From: an uncultured Phycisphaerales bacterium
Lineage (GTDB): Bacteria; Planctomycetota; Phycisphaerae; Sedimentisphaerales; Anaerobacaceae
Assembly (NCBI GenBank): GCA_963718665.1
Contig: OY970359.1
Coordinates: 1,664,001-1,728,000, forward strand
DNA: 64,000 bases
Direction of reading: 5' to 3'
Shown here piece after piece: positions 48,940 through 57,933 of this stretch; position 1 is the first letter of the stretch, and every line of letters starts with the position of its first letter. The notes under the pieces are model-generated. The model ran no database searches. It was given only the letters and a program-made list of their open reading frames with translations, and was not told where the DNA came from. Made by a program: the position numbers and the translations under genes.

Positions 48940-49374
48940 AATTTCTCCTTTCGTTCAAAAAGATGGCTGGCTGGGATAACCTTTGCTATATTATTTATGA
49001 AACAACGTCCTTTAATAAGCGATTGCTGCTTCCTAAATATTTCTGACAAATTATCCCAAAATCAATCTCACTTTATGAGCAATACAAAGTGGGACAAGGG
49101 AAACCTTTTATTTCGTTTGAGTCATCTATGACTCATAAACACATAGGTTTGTCCCCTATTTGACTTATGCCAGCCAGAGATTACCGTCGTGTCAGATTAC
49201 CTCCGGTTGCTCCCGGGGGGAGCAAAGAACGGGCCAACAAAAATTTGGCCATTTCGGCATCTCCTTTCAGGGCCATTAAGCCCTACAAAATAGCTACCAA
49301 CTATATCTCCGATTGTCAAGGTTGAAATATGCTAATGGAACGTTGGGGGAGGATATTTTGAAGTTTGTTTTACA

Positions 49375-49403
49375 TTGACAACGGAAGTGGTCGAATATAC
49401 GAT
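49375..49403 (+). promoter_or_regulatory. Sigma70-type promoter
   Basis: TTGACA-17 nt-TACGAT upstream of 49444. Confidence 0.6.
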
Positions 49404-49443
49404 GGAAAATGTTAAGTTTGATTTTTTGGAAGGGAAATGAATT

Positions 49444-50019
49444 ATGACAACAAGTGATTGGTTGGTCTTAACAAACAGCGTATGTGTTATAGTTGCTATT
49501 ATTGTTGCCCCAATCTTGGCTATCAGGGTCGAAAACATCATTGAAAGCAAAAAAGAAGAAAAAGAAAGAAAACTGCGCATATTCAAAGCACTTATGGCCA
49601 CAAGAGCAACACGTGTATCTCCTCAACACGTTGAGGCACTTAATATGATAGATATAGAGTTCTTTGGGTGCAAAAAAATTACTGATGCTTGGAAATTATT
49701 GTTGGACCACTTTTCAAATTATCCTCAAGATACTAAAGACCCAAATTATCAGACGAGACTTGATGCCTGCACAGAGAAAGCTGATGAATTGTTTGCTGAT
49801 TTACTTTCTGAAATGGCACAAGCTCTAAATTATACCTTTGACAAGGTTCATATTAAACGTGGTGCCTATATCCCCAAAGGCCACACTGATTATATGCAAA
49901 ATCAAACGTTTATTCAAAGTCGTATTGTTGATGTTCTTAAAGGTGACATTCCAATTCCTATTAAGATTGTTACGAAAAAGGAAGATGATAGCAAACAAGA
50001 GGAAGCCAAAATCAATTAG
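49444..50019 (+). CDS. DUF6680-like single-TM protein
   Basis: N-terminal TM, IFKALMATR, HVEALNMIDIEF, AYIPKGH. Confidence 0.7.
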   Translation: MTTSDWLVLTNSVCVIVAIIVAPILAIRVENIIESKKEEKERKLRIFKALMATRATRVSPQHVEALNMIDIEFFGCKKITDAWKLLLDHFSNYPQDTKDPNYQTRLDACTEKADELFADLLSEMAQALNYTFDKVHIKRGAYIPKGHTDYMQNQTFIQSRIVDVLKGDIPIPIKIVTKKEDDSKQEEAKIN

Positions 50020-50090
50020 GCCAATGAAGATAAATCTGCATAGCAATTCTTATTACTTTATGAAACCACGAAACATCTTATATATCAATC

Positions 50091-51133
50091 TGCTTTGTAG
50101 AAACCTTTAATTAAAAGTTCTTTATGAAAAGTAAATAGAGAAGCATCAGGTTGTAGGTCAGAACTCTCATGACGCACTCGGTACTGCGAGATTCATTCGT
50201 TCGGCTACGAAGGGCGTAGCCAAGACGACGTTTCATGCGAGACATAACACTCTCAACTTGCCATCGCTGACCAAACTTACGTTTCGGGAAGTTATTCTTC
50301 ATTTGATTTCGGTAATGGCCTGTAAGCTCGCCTTTTTTACCTCGTCGGTTGTTGATAGCGATAATCGTCGAGCGGATGCCGAGATACTGACGACAGAATT
50401 TATGGTTGGCTTCTGCGTCATATCCTGCATCACCCAAAAGCCGGTCTATAGGCAGATTAGTTACCGCCTGGGAAACTGCCGGCATAAGGTAGGAACAATC
50501 ATTGCTGGGACCAGTGCTGACCAAGCCGGCAGCAATCAGATGGCTGGCATTGTGGCAGACAACCGTAAGTTTTGTCCATCGGCGATATTGCTGGGTATGT
50601 TTGCCTTGACGCATTAGAAAATGTCGGCTGACAAACCGGCTTTCCAGCCCCGTCGAATCAATGGATGCCTCGGGGCGTTCCTCGATTAAGCCATCGCGGC
50701 TGGCAATACTGAAAATGGCGGCTAACAGCTTGTCCCAAGCCCTTTTTTTAGCAGACGTTGCTGTGCTTTTTGAAGGGTAGTGTAGTGAGGAATTTTTGAC
50801 AACCCAATCGCAGCTCTCAAGTCCGTGAAGTCCGCCAGCAACTGTACAATCCCACGATAGTCGGTTTGAAAAAACTGTCGCAGAGTCAAAATGGCGAACA
50901 ACTGTGCCTGTGTAAAATCGTGGCGTGAGCGATTGGCTGAATATGGCGAGAGTGCCGTTGTGGCTGTCTGAAGTGCCTGCTTTGCCAGCATAACAGGTGA
51001 TTTGGTCATAACTCCGTGTTTGGCCATCGTGGAATCCTTTCCAACGCGGTTTATGGCTGAAACCTAAGTTATTGTTATTATTAACACTTATCGCCATGAC
51101 TAAACCTTATGCTTCAATCTTTTCTACAGAGCA
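50091..51133 (-). mobile_element. IS5-family (IS903-like) insertion sequence, 1043 bp
   Basis: TIRs TGCTTTGTAGAAA / TTTCTACAGAGCA; 9-bp direct repeat ATATCAATC at 50082-50090 and 51134-51142. Confidence 0.92.
50111..51027 (-). CDS. DDE transposase in two frames joined by a probable -1 frameshift
   Basis: orfA 51027-50722; orfB with IDSTG, GDAGYD, RWQVESVMSRMKR; A7G motif at ~50742-50749. Confidence 0.85.
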
Positions 51134-51450
51134 ATATCAATCCTTAAAAACGACTAATAACTTTTATCCCTGACCACTGGCTACCCTCATCAAACTCAAA
51201 CACGCTGTTCAATTCAGTCCAGACAGGCAGAACACGGTATCAGCGTACAGCGTATAGTAAAGCCAGCGTTAAGGGTACATCAAAAAGCGACGTAACCCCA
51301 TTATTATTAAGCAGTTATCAATAAATGCCCCTCATTTACTAAGCCCTTTTTTGTGCTTTTTTTGTGCATTTTCGCGGCTTAAAAACCGCTCTTTTTTCGT
51401 GGTCATTTTTGCTGTAACACCCGCCTTTACAAGGCGTTAAATTCTGGATA

Positions 51451-51502
51451 CGAACAGTCGTATAAAACACTTGTATCAAACAGTTGTATGATACAGTTGT
51501 TA
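51451..51502. repeat. Four tandem imperfect 13-bp repeats
   Basis: cgaacagtcgtat / aaaacacttgtat / caaacagttgtat / gatacagttgtta. Confidence 0.75.
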
Positions 51503-51778
51503 TCCATTTTCGCGCAGGTCGAAAACCCTTAGATTCAAAAATCTTAATTTTTTTTTACTCCTTGCGCAATAAGGACTTATCGATTTTGACCCCATCAGGA
51601 AATCCCTTAGTTTTCGTCAAAAGCGCGCAAGTTGCGCCATAGGATAGAGGGACCTTGGGGGTCTCTCCATAGTCGTTAGTGGTTAGTCGTTAGTGTATAG
51701 AGACATGGGTCCCCTGTTGCGGAACCAATGGAGCGGGTTCCCGGGGATCTGCGCTGCGCTCCGAGGAGGAAATTAGGA

Positions 51779-52375
51779 ATGAAAGTTAACTTAACAATTG
51801 GGATACCGGTTTGGTTGGACAGGATTTTCGCGTGGCCGGTGATGGAGTATCGAAAACACAAATATGGTTATTCCTTTCGCAGGATATATTTGGGCGAAGG
51901 AGAATGGACAATTTTAGACCAGGAGGATTATTACCGGCTTGGCAATTTGAAATGGGGCATTGAGGGGAAAAGAGGCAAATTCTATGCCGTCAGAAACGTC
52001 AAGAACGGAGATAAGAAGGTAAAGACGGTGCGTTTGCACAGGGAAATTATGGATGCGCCTAAGGGGCTTTTGGTTGACCATAGGAACGGCAACTCGTTGG
52101 ACAATCGCAGAGCCAATTTGCGTTTAGCAACGCATACACAAAATATGCATAACAGGAAAAAAATCAAAACAAAAACATCATCGCAGTATATCGGCGCTTC
52201 ACTTGACAAGCGAAGCGGAAGATGGGCCTCCAAAATTCGTTGTCACGGGAAGAAAGTACATTTAGGTTGTTTCGGCAGCGATATTGAGGCGGCGAAGGCA
52301 TACGACGCGGCGGCGAAGAAATATCACGGGGAATTTGCAAGGTTGAACTTCGCAGAGCCAGTGGTTCGTATTTAG
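51779..52375 (+). CDS. HNH endonuclease with C-terminal AP2 domain
   Basis: LHREIM..VDHRNGNSLDNRRANLR; SQYIGA..W..HLG.F..AAKAYDAAA..GEFARLNF. Confidence 0.92.
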   Translation: MKVNLTIGIPVWLDRIFAWPVMEYRKHKYGYSFRRIYLGEGEWTILDQEDYYRLGNLKWGIEGKRGKFYAVRNVKNGDKKVKTVRLHREIMDAPKGLLVDHRNGNSLDNRRANLRLATHTQNMHNRKKIKTKTSSQYIGASLDKRSGRWASKIRCHGKKVHLGCFGSDIEAAKAYDAAAKKYHGEFARLNFAEPVVRI

Positions 52376-52404
52376 TCGTTAGTATATCGTAATTCGGAAG
52401 GTTT

Positions 52405-53328
52405 TTAAGCGAATAATGCTTCGACGAAGGTGTCGGGGTCGAATTCGGCGATGTCTTCGGGTTTTTCGCCGAGGCCGATGAATTTGACGGGGATATTTAG
52501 CTGGTCTTTAATGGCGATGACGATTCCGCCTCGTGCTGTGCCATCTAATTTTGCAAGGAAAATTCCGGAAATGTTAATTGCCTCGGTGAAGATTTTGGCT
52601 TGCGCGATGGCGTTTTGGCCTGTTGTGGCGTCGAGGACAAGCAGAACCTCGGTCGGCGCCCCTTCGATTTTGCGGGCGACGACGTCGCGGATTTTGACGA
52701 GTTGTTTCATCAAGTCCTTTTGCGTATGCAGTCGTCCAGCGGTATCGAGGATGAGGAAATCGACACCTCTTGCGGTGGCGGCTTCGCAGGCATCATAGGC
52801 GACAGCAGCGGGGTCGGAGCCCATCTGGTGCTTGACGATTTGAACGCCGATACGGTCCGCCCAGATTGACAGTTGCTCGACAGCCGCTGCCCTGAAGGTA
52901 TCACAGGCGGCGACGATTACTTTTTTGTTGTCTTTGCTGAGGATGTAGGCGAGTTTGGCGATGCTTGTGGTTTTGCCTGAGCCGTTGACGCCCGCGACGA
53001 GAATCACCGTCGGGCCTTTGGCTGCAAGACGGACTTGTCTATCCTGATGGGGCCAGTAACCTTTCATATGCTCTTTGAGGAAGGGGATGATGTCGTCTGT
53101 GGTCGTGATTTTTTTGCTGCGATAGGCCTCCCGTAAATCAGATATGAGCTTGGCGGTGGTTTCGACGCCGATATCGTCTTTTATGAGTGTTTCTTCGAGG
53201 TCGTTGAGCAGGTCGTCGTCGATGTTTCTGCCTATGGCAAGCACAGCCGACAGCGACGAACTAATTTTGTCGCGTGTTTTGGTCAGCCGTTCCTTGAAGT
53301 AACCAATTGTTTTTGAAAATATGCCCAT
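52405..53328 (-). CDS. ftsY: Signal recognition particle receptor FtsY
   Basis: GVNGSGKTT, DTFRAAA, DTAGR, DATTGQN, KLDGTARGG. Confidence 0.96.
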   Translation of the reverse strand: MGIFSKTIGYFKERLTKTRDKISSSLSAVLAIGRNIDDDLLNDLEETLIKDDIGVETTAKLISDLREAYRSKKITTTDDIIPFLKEHMKGYWPHQDRQVRLAAKGPTVILVAGVNGSGKTTSIAKLAYILSKDNKKVIVAACDTFRAAAVEQLSIWADRIGVQIVKHQMGSDPAAVAYDACEAATARGVDFLILDTAGRLHTQKDLMKQLVKIRDVVARKIEGAPTEVLLVLDATTGQNAIAQAKIFTEAINISGIFLAKLDGTARGGIVIAIKDQLNIPVKFIGLGEKPEDIAEFDPDTFVEALFA

Positions 53329-53515
53329 AGTCAAGCAAGTTTCGCAGAATCAGGCCGGAAATTCAAGCGGAATTAGTCGTGGCTGTGGCAGATGAATACC
53401 GGCCAGACAGGCGGATATGATTTATTTTGACAAGATAGATGAATGCGGGTAATCTCGCCGCTGGCAATAGGAACAATATCAGGGTTTGATTTGTTGCAGG
53501 AGTGATGCGACGAAA

Positions 53516-54739
53516 ATGAATCGCAGGGTCTTTATTTATTTGTTGCCTTTGTTTGTGCTGTATTGCGTTGTGTTTTCGTTTGCCGCGAACAATTCGCTCG
53601 AAAACGGCGACGAGAGCAGATACGCGATGTATGCCGGGAACCTGACTAAGGGATTCTACGCGCCTGCTGATACGCGATTTTTGTGGAATGGCCCGGGGTA
53701 TCCGCTTTTGCTTACGCCGTTCGCGTATTTCAAAATTCCGTGGATTTACGCGAAGATGCTGAACCCGGCTTTTCTTTTCATCGCGGTTTGTGCGTTTTAC
53801 GCCGTTATCAGGCGATTTATGCGGGAAAAGCAGGCGATTGTTTTCGCGTATCTTTTCGGGTTGTATCCGCCTTTTTTCGCCCAGTTCTGGTATCTGTTGA
53901 CAGAGCCGGTGGTTATTATGCTGATGACGATTTTTGCCCTGCTTACTTTTAAGTGGCTCGAATCCGGCAAGTACCGTTATATGCTTTTGGCGGGCGCTGT
54001 GTGCGGGTATCTTGCGCTGACGAAGGTGTTTTTCGCTCACGTTGCCGAGGGGATGCTGCTTTTGTCGGTTGTGTTTATGTTTTGGAGCCGGACCGCCAGA
54101 AGAATATGGCCCGTGTATTTGCTGGGGCTTTTGCTTTGCACGCCGTATCTGTTCTATACTTATCACCTGTCGGGCAAAACTTTCTACTGGGCCAACTCCT
54201 CAGGCGAGATTGCCTATTGGATGACTTCCACCGACCCCAATGATTTCGGAAGCTGGTTTTCGGAAGAGGACGTGGCGACCCGGCCAGAGCTTGCTTCGCA
54301 CAGGCCTTTTTTCGAAAAGCTAAAGGGGCTGGATTTCGTTGAGAAAGACCAGCTTTTGAAAGAGCAGGCCATCGAGAATATCAGGCAAAATCCGCGCAAG
54401 ATGCTTTTTAACTGCGCGTCCAATATCGGCCGTCTGTTTCTCGATTATCCATTCTCGTATAAGTATCAGCGCCCGCAGACGCTGCTGTATATGGTGCCGA
54501 ACAGTTTGGTCCTGGCTGCGATGTGTTTTTGCGTTTATCCGCTGATAAGATTCCGCAAACATTTGCCCGGGGCAATTGTGCACGCCTGCGCGATTTCGCT
54601 TGTTTTCATAGGCGGGGCGTCGCCGATTTACGCCGAGGCGAGATTTCTTTGCACGATAATTGCGTTCATTTTTATTATAATCACTTACGTCGCGACCAAC
54701 CTGGTAAAAATTCAAGCTCCCGAAAACCAGCGTCAATAA
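53516..54739 (+). CDS. GT-C fold (ArnT/PMT-like) membrane glycosyltransferase
   Basis: Multiple TM helices, GDESRY, GPGYP, LLTE, EARF. Confidence 0.75.
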   Translation: MNRRVFIYLLPLFVLYCVVFSFAANNSLENGDESRYAMYAGNLTKGFYAPADTRFLWNGPGYPLLLTPFAYFKIPWIYAKMLNPAFLFIAVCAFYAVIRRFMREKQAIVFAYLFGLYPPFFAQFWYLLTEPVVIMLMTIFALLTFKWLESGKYRYMLLAGAVCGYLALTKVFFAHVAEGMLLLSVVFMFWSRTARRIWPVYLLGLLLCTPYLFYTYHLSGKTFYWANSSGEIAYWMTSTDPNDFGSWFSEEDVATRPELASHRPFFEKLKGLDFVEKDQLLKEQAIENIRQNPRKMLFNCASNIGRLFLDYPFSYKYQRPQTLLYMVPNSLVLAAMCFCVYPLIRFRKHLPGAIVHACAISLVFIGGASPIYAEARFLCTIIAFIFIIITYVATNLVKIQAPENQRQ

Positions 54740-54870
54740 TGCGTCAGCTATTTGTTGCAGCAAGGCACAAGAACAGGGGATTATCGACGCAGGGCTGCGT
54801 GTCAGGCGATTTTGGGGAACATCGGCTGTGCCGGGGGATAATAAGCCCATAAAAAACACTTTGCCGGGTG

Positions 54871-56223
54871 TTATTTTACCTCGACTATCGAATTGTAGCC
54901 GCCAAACGGGTTCAGCTCGCTCGTCTCGTTATACGGGTCCTGCTGCCACTGACCATCCACGACTAATCGATAGCGGTATCTTCCCGGGGGCAGTTTCGCG
55001 GACGCCTGCCAGACGCCGCTTTCGCCGACTTTTTCCATCGGCAATTTTGAGGGCTGCCAGCCGTTGAAGTCGCCGGCAATCTGCACCGACTGTGCCCGCG
55101 GATACAGGGTTACAAACGCCACCGCGTCGTTGGCCTGACTGACGCCGTAATATTCCGCAAGCTTCGCATCCGTCGCAGCAGCGGCCTTTGGCTGCTGGGG
55201 CTGCACGGCAACCACCGGCTTTGCCTCGACCCTGGCGACGGCGACTGCCTTTGATTCGACCGGTTTCGATTCTGTTCGCACGGCAACCGGTTCCATTTGC
55301 TGGGGCCGTTGTTTCGGCGGCTCTATCGCTTTAATCCTGCCTGCATCCGGCGAGGTAACCTTCGGTTTTGCCCTGGCAAGCAGCTCGTCGGCTGATGCGC
55401 TTATCGATTCGAGTTTCTCAGACAGCGATTCGATAATCTGCCTGCGCTGCTGTTCGGGCTGGCCCTGCAGCATTTCCTTTACCAGGTTCTGGAAATCGTT
55501 GTGGCCCTTGCTGGCCGGGTCGTATTCGCCGATTGGCTGGCCGAATGAGGCGGCTTCTTTGAGCTTGGTATTGAAATTCACCACCGTTTTGAACATCTTG
55601 TCGCCAAAATGTTTGCGAAGCTCGCCGAGAATCTCGCGGGCCATTTTCGTGCGAATATCATACATGCTCGCAAGCACTTTTACGTTGACGCTTTGGTTGC
55701 ACCTCTGGCAGAGAATCGCCAGCGTTTCAAGCTGTTTGCTGAGGCCGTGAAGGGAGAAATATCCCGTCTCGACCGGCACGATAACATCGGTTGCCGCTCG
55801 AAGGGCATTAAACGTCAGCAATCCAACGGCGGGCGGGCAATCTATGACGACGAATTCATAGTCGTTCTTGATGCTGTCAAGCACCTTCTTGAGACACAGC
55901 TCGCCGTCGGGCATACCTGCCATTTGCTGCTCGAAGGCCGACAGGTCGATGCTCGCCGGCGCCAGTTCGAGTTTCTCGCTTACTTCCCAGAGAATCTCGC
56001 CCAGCCGCATAGGTTCTTCCTTGCTGTGGCTTATCATTACGTCGTAAATGCTCTGCTCAATTTGCTCCTCGGGCACCGCGAGGCCGACCGCGCAATGCGA
56101 TTGTGAATCCATATCGACCAGCAGCGTCTTGTGCTCCATCTCCGCCAGTGCGCTTGCCAGGTTAATCGATACGGTTGTTTTGCCCACGCCGCCCTTTTGG
56201 TTGACAACAGCTATTGTCCTCAT
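54871..56223 (-). CDS. ParA-family ATPase with C-terminal glycogen-binding (CBM48/AMPK-beta-like) domain
   Basis: NQKGGVGKTT, DMDSQ, IDCPP; VQIAGDFNGW..GVW..LPPGRYRYRLVVDGQWQQDP. Confidence 0.9.
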   Translation of the reverse strand: MRTIAVVNQKGGVGKTTVSINLASALAEMEHKTLLVDMDSQSHCAVGLAVPEEQIEQSIYDVMISHSKEEPMRLGEILWEVSEKLELAPASIDLSAFEQQMAGMPDGELCLKKVLDSIKNDYEFVVIDCPPAVGLLTFNALRAATDVIVPVETGYFSLHGLSKQLETLAILCQRCNQSVNVKVLASMYDIRTKMAREILGELRKHFGDKMFKTVVNFNTKLKEAASFGQPIGEYDPASKGHNDFQNLVKEMLQGQPEQQRRQIIESLSEKLESISASADELLARAKPKVTSPDAGRIKAIEPPKQRPQQMEPVAVRTESKPVESKAVAVARVEAKPVVAVQPQQPKAAAATDAKLAEYYGVSQANDAVAFVTLYPRAQSVQIAGDFNGWQPSKLPMEKVGESGVWQASAKLPPGRYRYRLVVDGQWQQDPYNETSELNPFGGYNSIVEVK

Positions 56224-56544
56224 AGAAACCTCAAACCTTAAAGCAAATTATTAGCAAAGCCGGTTTAACTCCTCCGGCCAAATTCTCACTTATCAGTATC
56301 GCAAGGTGGCCCATCCTTAGCTTAAATAGCTGCGGAGGGCAGGCAATTCGCCCTCTGGTTTTTCGGCAAAAGACAGGGCAAAACTTTATATTTTTATGGG
56401 ACGAGCCGATAAAAATCCCCACTATCAGTATTACAAGCCCAAACTTATATGTCCTTAGGGAACAATTTCGGGATATCAGGCATAGCAATGCTGATATTGC
56501 TATTTGGGCTGATTTATCCGGCTTGCGTACAAAGGTAAGACAAT

Positions 56545-57609
56545 TTATTTGAAGTTGGCAGGGTCTTCGAGTGTTTTTTTGACGAAATCGAGGAATTGAG
56601 CAGCGTAGCCGCCGTTGGCGACCTTGTGGTCAACCGACAGAGTCATATTCATCATCTTGCGAACCCCGAGCGTATCTGGGGTGTCTCCGGCGGGCACGCA
56701 GACATCGGCGATTTTGCCTATTCCAAGTATCGAGCACTGACCGGGCACGACAATGGGGATGAACGAATCGACGCCGAATGCGCCGAGATTACTGACTGTT
56801 ATGCAGCCGCCTTCGAGGTCTTCGAGAGTAAGCTGGTTATTTTTTGTTCTTTCTACAAGCTGCCTGCTGTAACGGGCGATTTCAGGAATCGTTTTTTTAT
56901 CAGGGTCTTTGATTATCGGGGCGATTAGTCCTTCAGGCGTCGAAATCGCAAGCCCCACGCCGATTGATTTTGCAATCTTAATGTCGTCGCCATCGATTTG
57001 GCCCGTCATTATGGGGAATTTTCTTAGCCCTATCGCGATTGCCTTGATAATAAAATCATTGTACGAGACCTCTTCTTTGCCTGCCTGAGTGAGTTTGTCG
57101 CGGTATGCGACGAGGTCGGTGACGTCGGCCCTGGCGTTGAGATAGAAGCAGGGTATTTCCTGTTTTGAGCGCAGCATTTTTTGAGCGGTAACTTTCTGCA
57201 ATCGGCTGACCGGGAACGTCTGGCCGAGTTTGATTTCCGCGGGCAAAATCGGTATCGGCATAGGCAAGTCGTTTATTTTTTTCCTTTTAGCGGGCTTGGG
57301 CTTTGCGGTTGTTGGTGTCGCGGGGGTTGACGCCTTGAGCGTTCGCAAGAACTCATCGCTTATTCGCTCATCCTTGTCGCCCAGAATCAGCAGGGGGGTT
57401 TCAATGCGGTAACTGCCGCCCACCTCAGCGATTATCTGTTTTACAAAACCATCCGCGGGCGATTCAATTTCGAGGGTCGCCTTGTCGGTTTCGACGTCGA
57501 AAAGGACGTCGCCGCTTTTTACGTGGTCGCCGATGCTGACTTTACAGTCAACAATCGTGCCTTCTTCCATTGTGTCGCCGAATTTCGGCAATCTGACTTC
57601 TTTAGCCAT
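56545..57609 (-). CDS. Dihydrolipoamide acyltransferase (E2) family protein
   Basis: Lipoyl VETDKAT; TVSNLG, LSVDHKVANG. Confidence 0.9.
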   Translation of the reverse strand: MAKEVRLPKFGDTMEEGTIVDCKVSIGDHVKSGDVLFDVETDKATLEIESPADGFVKQIIAEVGGSYRIETPLLILGDKDERISDEFLRTLKASTPATPTTAKPKPAKRKKINDLPMPIPILPAEIKLGQTFPVSRLQKVTAQKMLRSKQEIPCFYLNARADVTDLVAYRDKLTQAGKEEVSYNDFIIKAIAIGLRKFPIMTGQIDGDDIKIAKSIGVGLAISTPEGLIAPIIKDPDKKTIPEIARYSRQLVERTKNNQLTLEDLEGGCITVSNLGAFGVDSFIPIVVPGQCSILGIGKIADVCVPAGDTPDTLGVRKMMNMTLSVDHKVANGGYAAQFLDFVKKTLEDPANFK

Positions 57610-57793
57610 TGTAACTCCGTCGCTCGTGCCTCGTGACCCGTGACTCGCTCAGGGTCAGCATGACAAGTAGGAACATTTTTACAAAGTTCCCTGATTACTG
57701 AAACAACAGGGATTCTACGATATCGGCAATATACAATCAACTTCTCTCTGGAAAACGCCATTGCAAAAGGTATAATGTTAATCCGCTGATATT

Positions 57794-57865
57794 GCGGGCG
57801 TAATTCAGTGGTAGAATGTCGGCTTCCCAAGCCGAATGCCGTGGGTTCGAATCCCATCGCCCGCT
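57794..57865 (+). tRNA. tRNA-Gly (CCC); CCA not encoded
   Basis: GCGGGCGTAATTCAGTGGTAGAATGTCGGCTT-CCC-AAGCCGAATGCCGTGGGTTCGAATCCCATCGCCCGCT cloverleaf. Confidence 0.95.
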
Positions 57866-57933
57866 GTGGTGATTATGTCGCTAATTTACTCAATTATTTT
57901 ATTAACTACTGCACTGTAAGGAGACAATATAAA

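Noticed and set aside
51451..51510. Chromosomal oriC (13-mers plus ttatccatt)
   Set aside because: Only one weak DnaA-box-like match and no dnaA/dnaN context; kept only as an unexplained repeat
53363..54166. Long antisense ORFs (also 3877..4536, 11957..12637, 46000..46677, 58558..59298)
   Set aside because: Shadow frames of well-supported genes, no recognisable motifs
57808..57933. N-terminal extension of the GH5 ORF in the ORF track
   Set aside because: Overlaps tRNA-Gly; ATG at 57934 has an RBS and signal peptide
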